From: Bacteroidaceae bacterium
GTDB lineage: Bacteria; Bacteroidota; Bacteroidia; Bacteroidales; Bacteroidaceae
Length of the DNA: 64,000 nucleotides
Direction: 5' to 3'
NCBI GenBank assembly: GCA_024684455.1
Contig: JAIKWU010000076.1
Coordinates: forward strand, 89,645-153,644
Shown here: one piece after another, positions 45,699 to 56,250 of the stretch
Layout: each line of letters opens with the position of its first letter
Position numbering within the stretch: position 1 is the stretch's first letter
Translations under genes and position numbers: made by a program
Notes under the pieces: model-generated
What the model saw: the letters and a program-made list of their open reading frames with translations, nothing else
Databases searched by the model: none
What the model was told of the DNA's origin: nothing

Positions 45699-46529
45699 TC
45701 ATTGACTTGCTCTTTCGTCAAGTACAACTTCTGCGTTCTTATAGAGGAACGGGATGTCGCTGTATCTTAGGCGAAACTTAGTTCCATGATTGTGACCTGT
45801 GCGAGCATCGAAATCCACGTAGATTTTTCCTTGTCGAATGGCTTCGATGAATTTAGTTTGGTCAAATTGTGATAGTTTCAGTACATAATTGTAAAGGAAG
45901 AAGTTTTGCCTTTTTCCACTTTCTACTTCCCATTTTTCTTCTGCTTGAACGTAAAAACAGTTAATGAGTTTAACTCCTGCTTTATGAAACAAATCGTCAA
46001 ATCCCCAATAAGGTGCAACATCGAAATTGTTCAGATGGCCGACCTTGTTTTGTACATTTTTAAGCCATTGGCAATGACGTTCATCAGCATGAGTACAATC
46101 AAAAATAATATCTATTCTTTTTTCCTTATCATTAACATTGACCTTGAATCCTCGATCACTGAAAGATTTTGCATTAAGGGTGGCTCTGAACGACATTTCA
46201 TCTTCAGGATACTTACCTCCTGCCTCGGCAGACAACCAACCATATTTCTGCAATAAAATAGTAGGCACAACTTTCAATGCTCTTGGCGAAGGCTCCATGT
46301 GAAACATTGTTAGTAATGAAGATGTATTGGATCTTTGTGCTTTCAGTTCCCATTCTGAAGCGTTGGGAATAGGAAGATTGTTTTCAGGAATTTCTAACAA
46401 ATCTTCCAGAATGTTGCCAACCGCCCCATCATTTCGTCCACGATAGTTCTTTATCCAGCCTTTGGCATAGATTTCCTTGAATTTTTCAATAAGTTCTTCC
46501 TTAGAAAAGGCTTTTAATAATGTACTCAT
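45699..46529 (-). CDS. Type II restriction endonuclease, MvaI/BcnI (MutH-like) family
   Basis: AT-rich. GNILEDLLEIPENNLPIPNASEWELKAQR is PD-(D/E)XK-like (E-x-K). The C-terminal ...DARTGHNHGTKFRL is recalled from this family. Overlaps the methylase gene by 29 bp. Confidence 0.65.
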   Translation of the reverse strand: MSTLLKAFSKEELIEKFKEIYAKGWIKNYRGRNDGAVGNILEDLLEIPENNLPIPNASEWELKAQRSNTSSLLTMFHMEPSPRALKVVPTILLQKYGWLSAEAGGKYPEDEMSFRATLNAKSFSDRGFKVNVNDKEKRIDIIFDCTHADERHCQWLKNVQNKVGHLNNFDVAPYWGFDDLFHKAGVKLINCFYVQAEEKWEVESGKRQNFFLYNYVLKLSQFDQTKFIEAIRQGKIYVDFDARTGHNHGTKFRLRYSDIPFLYKNAEVVLDERASQ

Positions 46530-47331
46530 CTTTGTGAATAATTTTTTTCTTGGGTGTTGCTAATTCTGGAAAAAGATATTGTTGATGAAATTTGGCCACT
46601 TCGGGTTCCAATTTGTTTTTTTCAAGCCGTTTCATGGCAGCCTCACAATATTTAGAGGATTTTTCTATCCCTATAAAGTCACGCCCCAAACCTGCTGCTA
46701 CCACAGCAGTAGTGCCTGATCCCATAAACGGGTCGAGAATGATCTGAGCATTCGTTGATGAAATAATTCTGTCAATCAATTCAACAGGGAATGGTGCAGG
46801 ATGATCATTTCGTTGTTCCTGCATAATTTCCCAAACATCACCATAACTATTGCTATGGGGGCTCAATTTGAAATTTTTCTTGGCGATAAGATATATCACT
46901 TCGTAAGTCGGAAGAAAATAACCGGCATTGAAATTTATACCTCCTTTACGCTTCCAAATAATAATCTGACGCAAAGGGACATCATAAACAATATCCCTAC
47001 GATCTTGAATAAGACCAGCCTGAACGCGCCATTTGTGGTTATAGAAAATGGCTCCGTCTTCCTTAATAACGCGTACCAGTTCCAGTAAAACCTCATGCTG
47101 CCAACGTGCGTATTCATCGTTTGGCATACAATCGTCGTAATTCTCGTAGCCATCAATCAGTGCAGCGTTCGCCCATTTTCCTCCACGTCCGTCTTTCATT
47201 CCATTGCCCGTAGAGTTCTTAAGATTGTATGGCGGTGAAGTTACCACCAAATCAATACAGTTGTCTGGAAGATCTTTTAAGACCTGCATACAATCAGCAT
47301 TGACTATCCTATTCAAATACTTTTCTAACAT
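46501..47331 (-). CDS. Beta-class N4/N6 DNA methyltransferase; the SPPY motif favours N4-cytosine
   Basis: Motif IV VVTSPPYN precedes motif I ILDPFMGSGTTAVVA. AT-rich. Confidence 0.85.
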   Translation of the reverse strand: MLEKYLNRIVNADCMQVLKDLPDNCIDLVVTSPPYNLKNSTGNGMKDGRGGKWANAALIDGYENYDDCMPNDEYARWQHEVLLELVRVIKEDGAIFYNHKWRVQAGLIQDRRDIVYDVPLRQIIIWKRKGGINFNAGYFLPTYEVIYLIAKKNFKLSPHSNSYGDVWEIMQEQRNDHPAPFPVELIDRIISSTNAQIILDPFMGSGTTAVVAAGLGRDFIGIEKSSKYCEAAMKRLEKNKLEPEVAKFHQQYLFPELATPKKKIIHKDEYIIKSLF

Positions 47332-47479
47332 AACATAAATCTACATTATGAAATGTGGTTAAAAAAGTGTGTGGGAGAGGTGGGAACATTGCACAGACAA
47401 GTATATAAAACTTGTCTTTTTAGCATTTTTTACCGTGGTTGCAAGCAGCCCAAATCTGTCCACAAATCTTTTTCGGCTG

Positions 47480-47487
47480 CAAAGGTA
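47480..47487 (-). promoter_or_regulatory. -7 box TACCTTTG about 150 bp upstream of the methylase gene
   Basis: The reverse complement of caaaggta. The gene it serves is uncertain. Confidence 0.35.
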
Positions 47488-47562
47488 CGAATAAGTGAGC
47501 GGATTACAAAAGGAAAAACTCTATTTTTCACTTTCGACGGCGCTGCTCCCCCAAAAAACGCC

Positions 47563-47597
47563 TCCAAGTACTTGGCGAAAAGTTCCAAGCACTTGGA
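47563..47597 (+). repeat. Family-3 element, short form (2 modules, 21-bp spacing) at the right edge of the R-M island
   Basis: tccaagtacttggc (47563), tccaagcacttgga (47584). Confidence 0.8.
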
Positions 47598-47630
47598 GGT
47601 GCGTTTCGTGTATGTTCGTGCGATGCGTGT

Positions 47631-48341
47631 TCAGGCTTTCACGAGGGTGCCGATGGGTTCGCCGTCCATCACGCGGCGCAGGTTGCCGACCTGGTCCATG
47701 TTGAAGACGTAGATGGGCAGATGGTTGTCGCGGCACATGACGATGGCCGAGAGGTCCATGACCTTGAGGTTGCGCTCGAGCACCTCGTCGTAGGTGATTT
47801 CGGTGAACTTCGTGGCGGTCGGGTCTTTTTCGGGGTCGGCCGTATAGACGCCATCGACGCGGGTTCCCTTGAGCATCACGTCGGCCTCGATTTCGATGCC
47901 GCGCAGCGACGAGCCTGTGTCGGTGGTGAAGTAGGGACTGCCCGTTCCGCACGACATGATGACGACTTCGCCCTGCTGCATCGCTTCGATGGCGCGCCAC
48001 TTGGTGTAGAACTCGCCGATGGGTTCCATGCGGATGGCCGTCAGCACGCGGTTACGGCAGCCGATGGCGGTGAGTGCGCTGGAGAGTGCGAGCGAGTTGA
48101 TGACCGTGGCGAGCATGCCCATCTGGTCGCCCTTCACACGGTCAAAGCCCTGGCCTGTGCCCGAGAGTCCGCGGAAGATGTTGCCACCGCCGATGACGAT
48201 GCCGATTTGGACGCCCATGTCGCTGATATCCTTCACTTGCTGGGCATACTCGCCCAGGCGCTGCGGGTCTATGCCGTAGCCACGCTGCCCTTGCAGACTT
48301 TCTCCGCTCAACTTGAGCAGAATGCGATTGAATCTTGCCAT
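47631..48341 (-). CDS. pyrH: UMP kinase
   Basis: Start trimmed to MARFNRILLKLSGESLQG. Contains ...IVIGGGNIFRG. Confidence 0.93.
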   Translation of the reverse strand: MARFNRILLKLSGESLQGQRGYGIDPQRLGEYAQQVKDISDMGVQIGIVIGGGNIFRGLSGTGQGFDRVKGDQMGMLATVINSLALSSALTAIGCRNRVLTAIRMEPIGEFYTKWRAIEAMQQGEVVIMSCGTGSPYFTTDTGSSLRGIEIEADVMLKGTRVDGVYTADPEKDPTATKFTEITYDEVLERNLKVMDLSAIVMCRDNHLPIYVFNMDQVGNLRRVMDGEPIGTLVKA

Positions 48342-48343
48342 AA

Positions 48344-49102
48344 TTATAGATTGAGAGTGAGTTCGACGGGGCAATGGTCGCTGCCGAATATCTCGGTGTG
48401 AATCTTGGCGTCGACCAGATGGTCGTCGAGACGGCGCGACGTAACGAAGTAGTCGATGCGCCAGCCTGTGTTCTTCTCCCGTGCACGGAAGCGATAACTC
48501 CACCACGAGTAGATGTCTGTCGCGTCGGGATAGAAGTGGCGAAACGTGTCGGTGAAGCCGGCGTCGAGCAGTTCGGTGAACTTGGCTCTTTCCTGGTCGG
48601 TAAAGCCCGCGTTCATGCGGTTGGTCTTGGGATTTTTCAGGTCGATTTCCTCGTGTGCCACGTTCATGTCGCCGCAGACCACGACGGGCTTTTTCGCGTC
48701 GAGTTGAAGGAGGAAACGGCGGAAGTCGTCCTCCCACGTCATGCGGTAGTCGAGGCGTCGCAGGCCGTCCTGCGAGTTCGGCGTATAGACGCAGACGAGG
48801 TAGAAGTCGGGCATTTCCAATGTGACGATGCGCCCTTCGTGGTCGTGCTCTTCAATGCCCATGCCGTACTGAACCGACAGTGGCGTGTGACGGGTGAAGA
48901 TGGCTGTACCCGAGTAACCCTTCTTGTCGGCATAGTTCCAGTATGACTCGTAGCCGTCGAAGCGGAGGTCGAGTTGTCCCTCCTGCATCTTCGTCTCCTG
49001 CAGGCAGAAGAAGTCGGCGTCGAGTGTGCGGAAGGTGTCGGAAAAACCTTTCCCGACGACCGCGCGAAGTCCGTTGACGTTCCAAGAAATCAGTTTGAAC
49101 AT
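48344..49102 (-). CDS. xth: Exodeoxyribonuclease III
   Basis: MFKLISWNVNGLRA...FFCLQETK...SDHCPV. Confidence 0.92.
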   Translation of the reverse strand: MFKLISWNVNGLRAVVGKGFSDTFRTLDADFFCLQETKMQEGQLDLRFDGYESYWNYADKKGYSGTAIFTRHTPLSVQYGMGIEEHDHEGRIVTLEMPDFYLVCVYTPNSQDGLRRLDYRMTWEDDFRRFLLQLDAKKPVVVCGDMNVAHEEIDLKNPKTNRMNAGFTDQERAKFTELLDAGFTDTFRHFYPDATDIYSWWSYRFRAREKNTGWRIDYFVTSRRLDDHLVDAKIHTEIFGSDHCPVELTLNL

Positions 49103-49110
49103 AAGGTTCC

Positions 49111-50610
49111 TTACTTGACGTATGCTGCCCAGTCGGTCTTACGCATGTCGCCTTCGCGCAGGAAGGTGTCGTGCATGGCCAGGGCGGCCGAGAGTTTGTG
49201 ACACGACTGTCCCTTGTCGGCAATCTTGAGGTAGTCCCACAGGAGTTGCTTGTAGTCGGGGTGTGCACAGTTCTCGATGATGGCATGTGCGCGCTCGATG
49301 GGCGACTTGCCGCGCAGGTCGGCGATGCCTTGCTCGGTCACGATGATGTTGACGTCGTGCTCGGTATGGTCGATGTGGCTGCAGAAAGGCACGATGGCGC
49401 TGATCATGCCGCCCTTGGCTACCGACGAGCAGGTGAAGATGCTGAGGAAGGCGTTGCGCTCGAAGTCGCCTGAGCCGCCGATGCCGTTCATCATCTTCGT
49501 GCCGCAAATCTGGGTCGAGTTGGCGTGACCGTAGATGTCAACCTCGATGGCGGTGTTGATGGCGATGAGGCCCAGACGACGGATGACTTCGGGGTTGTTC
49601 GAAATCTCAGACGGACGCAGCACGAGTTTATCCTTGAAGAAGTCGATGTCGTCGTAGATGCCCTGCAGATATTCGTTGGTCACGCTGAGCGAGCAGGTCG
49701 AGGCGCTCTTCACACGTCCGTGGCGCATGAGGTCGACGACGGCGTCCTGCAGCACTTCGGTATAGACGTTGAAGGCGGGGATTTCGGGGTTTGACCCGAG
49801 GGCGCCGAGGATGGCGTTGGCCGTCGAGCCCACACCGCTCTGGAACGGCAGGAACGACTGCGGGATGATGCCGCGCTTCACTTCCGAAAGCAGGAATTCG
49901 GCCACGCGCTCACCAATCTTGTCGGTCACGGGGTCGGCATCCTTGAACGATCGAGCCTCGTCGGGGATGTTGCACTCGACCACGCCGACCACCTTCGAGG
50001 GGTCGAGTTGGAGGTAGGGCGTACCGATGCGGTCGTTGGGGTGGACGATGGGGATGGGTTCACGAAGAGGCGGGTCCTTTGGTTCATAGACGTCGTGGAT
50101 GCCAATCGACTTCGGCGAGTGGAAGGCGTTGAGTTCGAGGATGATGCCCTTGCGAGCCAGACGGGCTGCAGTGGGCGAGATACCACCTGCTGCGGTGAGA
50201 TAGACCTTGCCGTCGGGTTCGATGGCGCAGACTTCGAGGATAGCCCAATCGACGGGACCGAGGAAGCCGTAGCGCAGTTCCTGTGCCATCTGGCTGAGGT
50301 GAATGTCGTTGTAGGCAATTTCGCCCGAGTTCACCTTCTTGCGGAAATTGGAGTTCGTGGTGTAGGGTGCACGATAGCGGATGGCACCTTCTTCGGCGAG
50401 ACATCCGTCGCACGATGCACCGGTCGATGCACCGGTGAAAACTCCTACCTGGAACGGGCGTCCTGCCTCGTGTTCCGCGTGTGCAATCTTGGCCAGTTCG
50501 GCTGTCGTAGCCTTGGCTGTTCCAGCGGGTGTGAATCCGCTGAGCGCGATGTTGTCACCGTGCTTGATGAGTGATGCCGCTTCAGCGGCAGTGATACGTG
50601 TGAATGGCAT
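49111..50610 (-). CDS. Acetyl-CoA hydrolase/transferase family protein (succinate/acetate CoA-transferase type)
   Basis: 499 aa. N-terminus ...ITAAEAASLIKHGDNIALSGFTPAGTAKA, plus ...MMNGIGGSGDF. Confidence 0.85.
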   Translation of the reverse strand: MPFTRITAAEAASLIKHGDNIALSGFTPAGTAKATTAELAKIAHAEHEAGRPFQVGVFTGASTGASCDGCLAEEGAIRYRAPYTTNSNFRKKVNSGEIAYNDIHLSQMAQELRYGFLGPVDWAILEVCAIEPDGKVYLTAAGGISPTAARLARKGIILELNAFHSPKSIGIHDVYEPKDPPLREPIPIVHPNDRIGTPYLQLDPSKVVGVVECNIPDEARSFKDADPVTDKIGERVAEFLLSEVKRGIIPQSFLPFQSGVGSTANAILGALGSNPEIPAFNVYTEVLQDAVVDLMRHGRVKSASTCSLSVTNEYLQGIYDDIDFFKDKLVLRPSEISNNPEVIRRLGLIAINTAIEVDIYGHANSTQICGTKMMNGIGGSGDFERNAFLSIFTCSSVAKGGMISAIVPFCSHIDHTEHDVNIIVTEQGIADLRGKSPIERAHAIIENCAHPDYKQLLWDYLKIADKGQSCHKLSAALAMHDTFLREGDMRKTDWAAYVK

Positions 50611-50644
50611 GAATCAAATGTTTTAAGTGAATGGTTGTCAACTG

Positions 50645-50652
50645 CAAAGTTA
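50645..50652 (-). promoter_or_regulatory. -7 box TAACTTTG for the CoA-transferase gene
   Basis: The reverse complement of caaagtta, about 35 bp upstream of the ATG at 50610. Confidence 0.55.
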
Positions 50653-50764
50653 GCAATACTTTTCCATAAATCCGCACAATCCGCACTTTTTTGTGCGATT
50701 TTCCGTACATTCATTGCCTGAGGAGCGAAAAAAGGTGCCGTTTTCTGCACACCGTAGGAAACAT

Positions 50765-50822
50765 TCCAAGTGCTTGGAGAAAAAACGCCAAGTGCTTAGC
50801 GTGACAATTCCAAGCACTTGGA
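50765..50822 (+). repeat. Family-3 element, 3 modules phased at 22 bp
   Basis: tccaagtgcttgga (50765), gccaagtgcttagc (50787), tccaagcacttgga (50809). Confidence 0.9.
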
Positions 50823-50919
50823 GGGGGCTTTTCGGTGCCGTTTTTTGAGATTTGAAACGAATCGCAGGTGATTTTGCTATTTGACGTCTGAAATTTTTGT
50901 CTGTGTCGCATTTTCTGCG

Positions 50920-50927
50920 TATATTTG
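50920..50927 (+). promoter_or_regulatory. -7 box TATATTTG for the 50980 gene
   Basis: TAnnTTTG match about 52 bp upstream of the ATG. Confidence 0.5.
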
Positions 50928-50979
50928 TATGCCTGCAAGAACGTTTGTGCAAGACATTCATTCAAACTAATTTATATAC

Positions 50980-51498
50980 ATGAAGAAATCTTTGACGCTG
51001 CTCACGCTCCTGTTCGCCGCGAGCCTGGGCCTGTCGGCGCAAGGCCTCGACGGAACCTGGCGCTGCTATCTGGACGACCCCGACAACCCAAACGGACAGT
51101 TCTGGTACTACACCTTCTCGGGTCCGTCGAAATTGAAGTGGAAGATGACCACGCGCTATGAGGATGCGGAGATCGGACAGATTGACTTTTCGTACGACAT
51201 CCCCTGCACCTACCAGCGCACGGGCAACACAATTACCATCACGCCTGATGTCAACAAAGTGAAGTTGAACATCGACCGCACCAGTTGGAAACGCGACATC
51301 CTGATGCTGTTCCACCAGAACCCTGGCTTGGAAGAACAGACGAAGGCAGAACTCGTGAATGGCCTTGACGCCAACAAGAAAGAGTTGGCAGAAACGCTGG
51401 GCACCTCGTATGTGCTGACGGTCATCGACTTCACTGAAAACACGCTCATGGTCAAGGACAACGAGACGACCCTGACCTTTGTGCGCTACAATCCATAG
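50980..51498 (+). CDS. Hypothetical secreted protein (lipocalin-like size)
   Basis: Signal peptide [22 protein letters not shown]. No recognisable catalytic motif. Confidence 0.5.
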   Translation: MKKSLTLLTLLFAASLGLSAQGLDGTWRCYLDDPDNPNGQFWYYTFSGPSKLKWKMTTRYEDAEIGQIDFSYDIPCTYQRTGNTITITPDVNKVKLNIDRTSWKRDILMLFHQNPGLEEQTKAELVNGLDANKKELAETLGTSYVLTVIDFTENTLMVKDNETTLTFVRYNP

Positions 51499-51682
51499 TG
51501 ACAGCCTGCCAACTTGGCGCATCCTGTCAGTCGAAAGTCTGACAAGATGTGCTGTTTCTGCTCGCGCGCGTACATTATATAATATCAGTAAGCGTGAAAG
51601 CAGAGCGAAATTGTGCGATGGCACGGACTTTGCAAACATTACATCGGAAAGAAATTTATTCATCATTCAAACACTAAGTATT

Positions 51683-51955
51683 ATGAACATTCAACCATTG
51701 GCAGACCGTGTGCTCATTCTCCCCGCACCGGCCGAAGAGAAGACGGTGGGCGGCATCATCATCCCCGACACCGCTAAGGAGAAACCGCTGCAGGGCGAAA
51801 TCGTCGCTGCAGGTAAGGGTACGAAAGACGAAGAAATGGTGCTCAAGGTAGGCGACCGCGTGCTCTACGGCAAATATGCCGGCACCGAACTTGAGTACGA
51901 AGGCACGAAGTATCTCATCATGCGCCAAAGCGACGTCTTGGCAGTATTTAAGTAA
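51683..51955 (+). CDS. groES: Co-chaperonin GroES
   Basis: Start trimmed to [35 protein letters not shown]. Confidence 0.95.
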   Translation: MNIQPLADRVLILPAPAEEKTVGGIIIPDTAKEKPLQGEIVAAGKGTKDEEMVLKVGDRVLYGKYAGTELEYEGTKYLIMRQSDVLAVFK

Positions 51956-52021
51956 AGTAATAGTTAAAAGGTATCCATTATTTAACTTTCAACTTTACGT
52001 TATTTTCATTTTAACTTTTAA

Positions 52022-53665
<1,644 letters not shown>

Positions 53666-53685
53666 ATCATAGAAAAGTTCATCTT

Positions 53686-53754
53686 CAAGGATTTTAAGGA
53701 TGTAAGGATTTGCATAGCAGTATAAAACTTTTCATCCTTAAGATCCTTGTTTTT
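53686..53754 (+). terminator. Candidate groEL terminator: 16-bp imperfect stem, long loop, T-run
   Basis: caaggattttaaggat ... atccttaagatccttg followed by ttttt. Confidence 0.55.
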
Positions 53755-53765
53755 CTAAAGCAAGG

Positions 53766-54194
53766 ATGAATATAGAACAGACTCAGCAGGAAATCATAGA
53801 GGAGTTTGGTGACTATGACGATTGGATGGACCGCTACCAACTGCTCATTGACCTGGGTCAGGAACAACAGCCGCTTGACGAACGTTACAAAACGGAGAGC
53901 AACCTCATCGACGGTTGCCAGAGTCGTGTGTGGCTACAGGCCGACCTGACCGACGAAGGCACGATTCACTTCCAGGCCGAGAGCGACGCACTCATCGTCA
54001 AGGGCATCGTTGCCCTGCTCATACGTGTGCTCGACTTCCACACGCCCGACGAGATTCTCGAGGCAAACCTCCACTTCATCGAAGACATAGGCTTGCGTGA
54101 CCACCTCAGTCCGACGCGCTCAAACGGTCTGCTGGCCATGCTGAAGCAGATGAAACTCTACGCTGTGGCATTCAAAGCCAAAGGAAATGCCTGA
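53766..54194 (+). CDS. sufE: SufE-family cysteine desulfuration protein
   Basis: ...LIDGCQSRVWL... with the conserved Cys. 142 aa. Confidence 0.85.
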   Translation: MNIEQTQQEIIEEFGDYDDWMDRYQLLIDLGQEQQPLDERYKTESNLIDGCQSRVWLQADLTDEGTIHFQAESDALIVKGIVALLIRVLDFHTPDEILEANLHFIEDIGLRDHLSPTRSNGLLAMLKQMKLYAVAFKAKGNA

Positions 54195-55104
54195 CCGTGC
54201 CAAAACTCTCAGAAGATACCACCAGTACCTGAAGTTGGAGAAAGGTTTCTCCGACAATACTTGCGATGCCTACGAACGTGATGTTCAGAAGTTTCTGAAC
54301 TTTGCCGAAGACGAGGGCGTTGACTGGCTTAGTCCGCCGTTGGAGGCATTTCATCAGTTTTCTGCGCAGATACGGGATTTAGGCATTCATGCCACATCGC
54401 TGGCTCGCATCCTTGCGGGTGTACACAGTTTCTATCTTTTCCTCGTGATGACCGACGAGATAGAGGGCGACCCGATGGAGTTGCTTGAATTTCCGAAAAA
54501 GCCGCAACATCTGCCCGACGTGCTCACAGTCGATGAAGTCGATCGCATCGAAGCGTCCATCGACCTGTCGAAGCCGGAGGGTCATCGCAACAAAGCCATC
54601 ATCGAAGTGCTCTTCAGTTGTGGTCTGCGCGTGTCGGAGTTATGCAGCATGAAGTTGCAGGACCTCTACCTCGACGAGGGCTTTATCCGTGTCGAGGGCA
54701 AGGGCTCGAAGCAGCGTCTGGTACCGATTTCCGACAGTGCTGTCAAAGAGTTGAAACTTTGGTTCATCGACCGTAATGCCTTGGAAATCAAGCACGGATA
54801 CGAGGACTACGTGTTCATATCCCGTTTCCGTAAGAATATGTCGCGCATCACGGTATTTCACATCATCAAGGAATTGGTCGAATTGGCAGGTATCCAGAAG
54901 ACCGTGTCGCCCCACACGCTACGTCACTCGTTTGCCACTTCTTTGCTGGAGGGAGGAGCCAACCTGCGTGCCATTCAGGCGATGCTGGGGCACGAGAGCA
55001 TAGGCACAACGCAGATTTACCTGCACACCGACACACGTCGTCTGCGCGAGGAGATTCTCGAACACCATCCGCGCGAACTTTACCATTCGCGTCGCAGCGG
55101 ATAG
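54187..55104 (+). CDS. xerD: Site-specific tyrosine recombinase XerD
   Basis: ...LRHSFATSLLEGGANLRAIQAMLGHESIGTTQIYLH (R-H-R-Y catalytic region). Housekeeping context. Confidence 0.85.
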   Translation: MPDRAKTLRRYHQYLKLEKGFSDNTCDAYERDVQKFLNFAEDEGVDWLSPPLEAFHQFSAQIRDLGIHATSLARILAGVHSFYLFLVMTDEIEGDPMELLEFPKKPQHLPDVLTVDEVDRIEASIDLSKPEGHRNKAIIEVLFSCGLRVSELCSMKLQDLYLDEGFIRVEGKGSKQRLVPISDSAVKELKLWFIDRNALEIKHGYEDYVFISRFRKNMSRITVFHIIKELVELAGIQKTVSPHTLRHSFATSLLEGGANLRAIQAMLGHESIGTTQIYLHTDTRRLREEILEHHPRELYHSRRSG

Positions 55105-56069
55105 TTGCCTCGCAGTGCTTCAAACATTTCAGGGTTGGATTTCAGCCGCATAGAGTCGGTTCGCGGGTCGTAAAGACGCAGCGGACCGGCTTTTTCTGTG
55201 CCGTAACTGTAGTCGGCTGGCGGCTCTGGCAGACAGATTTCGACGTTCAACGGTTTGCCCAGAAAATCGGCGACGGTGCGCAACGTCATCATCGTCGCAT
55301 TCGCTTTGCCGTCGGCGCTGTAGCCGGCAATGTGAGGGGTGGCGATGTCTGCGCGCTGGAGCAACAGTCGGTTGATGTCGGGTTCGCCTTCCCAAGTGTC
55401 GATGACAACGTGGCTCACACGTCTGCTGTCCATGGCGTGGAGCAGTGCGGCCTCGTCGACAACGCCGCCGCGTGCAGCATTGATGATGACGGGCCGTTTC
55501 GTCAGTCGGCTGAAAAAGTGTTCGTCGGCCAGGTGGAACGTGGGATGGTCACCCTTGCGGGTCAGCGGGGTGTGAAACGTGACGATGTCCATTTCCGACA
55601 CGTCCATCTCTGCCAACGAGGGTGTGCCGAGTTTCGGCGGGTCGCAGCGCACAACGTTCATGCCTGCGCGTTGCAGGTCGTCTGCCACGCGGCTTCCTAC
55701 GTGTCCGACGCCGACGACGCCGACGGTCATTCCCTGTTCAAGTCGTCCGAGGGCGAGAAGCGAGTTGTGGACGTACTGTACGACGCTCGTGGCGTTGCAG
55801 CCAGGACAATTGCTCCACTTGATACCGTGGCTTTCCAGGTAGGGAATGTCAATGTGGTCGTAGCCGATGGTGGCCGTGACGACGAGACGGACACGGCTGT
55901 TGCGCAGCAGGTGTTCGTCCACGCGTGTTCGTGTGCGTACAATTAAAATGTCGGCATCGCGTACGTCATCGGCTGTGATTTCACTGCCAGGCATGAATAC
56001 CACTTCCTCAATCAGCGCACTGATGGGGCCGCGTATGTAGGGGATTTTGTCGTCGATGATGGCTTTCAT
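55080..56069 (-). CDS. pdxB: 4-phosphoerythronate dehydrogenase
   Basis: Start trimmed to MKAIIDDKIPYIRG. ...GVVGVGHVGSRV NAD-binding motif. Colinear with the remembered E. coli PdxB N-terminus. Confidence 0.8.
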   Translation of the reverse strand: MKAIIDDKIPYIRGPISALIEEVVFMPGSEITADDVRDADILIVRTRTRVDEHLLRNSRVRLVVTATIGYDHIDIPYLESHGIKWSNCPGCNATSVVQYVHNSLLALGRLEQGMTVGVVGVGHVGSRVADDLQRAGMNVVRCDPPKLGTPSLAEMDVSEMDIVTFHTPLTRKGDHPTFHLADEHFFSRLTKRPVIINAARGGVVDEAALLHAMDSRRVSHVVIDTWEGEPDINRLLLQRADIATPHIAGYSADGKANATMMTLRTVADFLGKPLNVEICLPEPPADYSYGTEKAGPLRLYDPRTDSMRLKSNPEMFEALRGNYPLRREW

Positions 56070-56074
56070 GACCG

Positions 56075-56082
56075 CAAAGATA
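56075..56082 (-). promoter_or_regulatory. -7 box TATCTTTG only 6 nt upstream of the pdxB ATG (possible leaderless mRNA)
   Basis: The reverse complement of caaagata. Confidence 0.4.
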
Positions 56083-56224
56083 GTGCAAGTCGGGCGCAAA
56101 ACAAAATGAAACACGAACTTTTTTGTTTTTTCATGCACCTTAGCGACGGCTCCTCTCCACTCTCGCTCGGTAATAAAAATGAAAGTTTTTCTCACTTTCC
56201 TTTTGTATTCCTCTCGCTTAATCG

Positions 56225-56232
56225 TACCTTTG
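56225..56232 (+). promoter_or_regulatory. -7 box TACCTTTG for the epimerase / PAP2 / prmC genes
   Basis: TAnnTTTG match 19 bp upstream of the ATG at 56251. Confidence 0.6.
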
Positions 56233-56250
56233 CAGTTAAATCAAAAACGT

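Noticed and set aside
47395-47421. A hairpin agacaagt-atataaa-acttgtct followed by tttt on the plus strand, at the right flank of the R-M island.
   Set aside because: It looks like a plus-strand terminator, but there is no plus-strand gene upstream of it. It may be a relic carried by the island, and there is not enough evidence to call it functional.
54187-55104. The tyrosine recombinase could mark an integrated mobile element.
   Set aside because: It is full-length XerD-like, overlaps sufE, and is surrounded by housekeeping genes of native composition. No att-like repeats or cargo genes are present.
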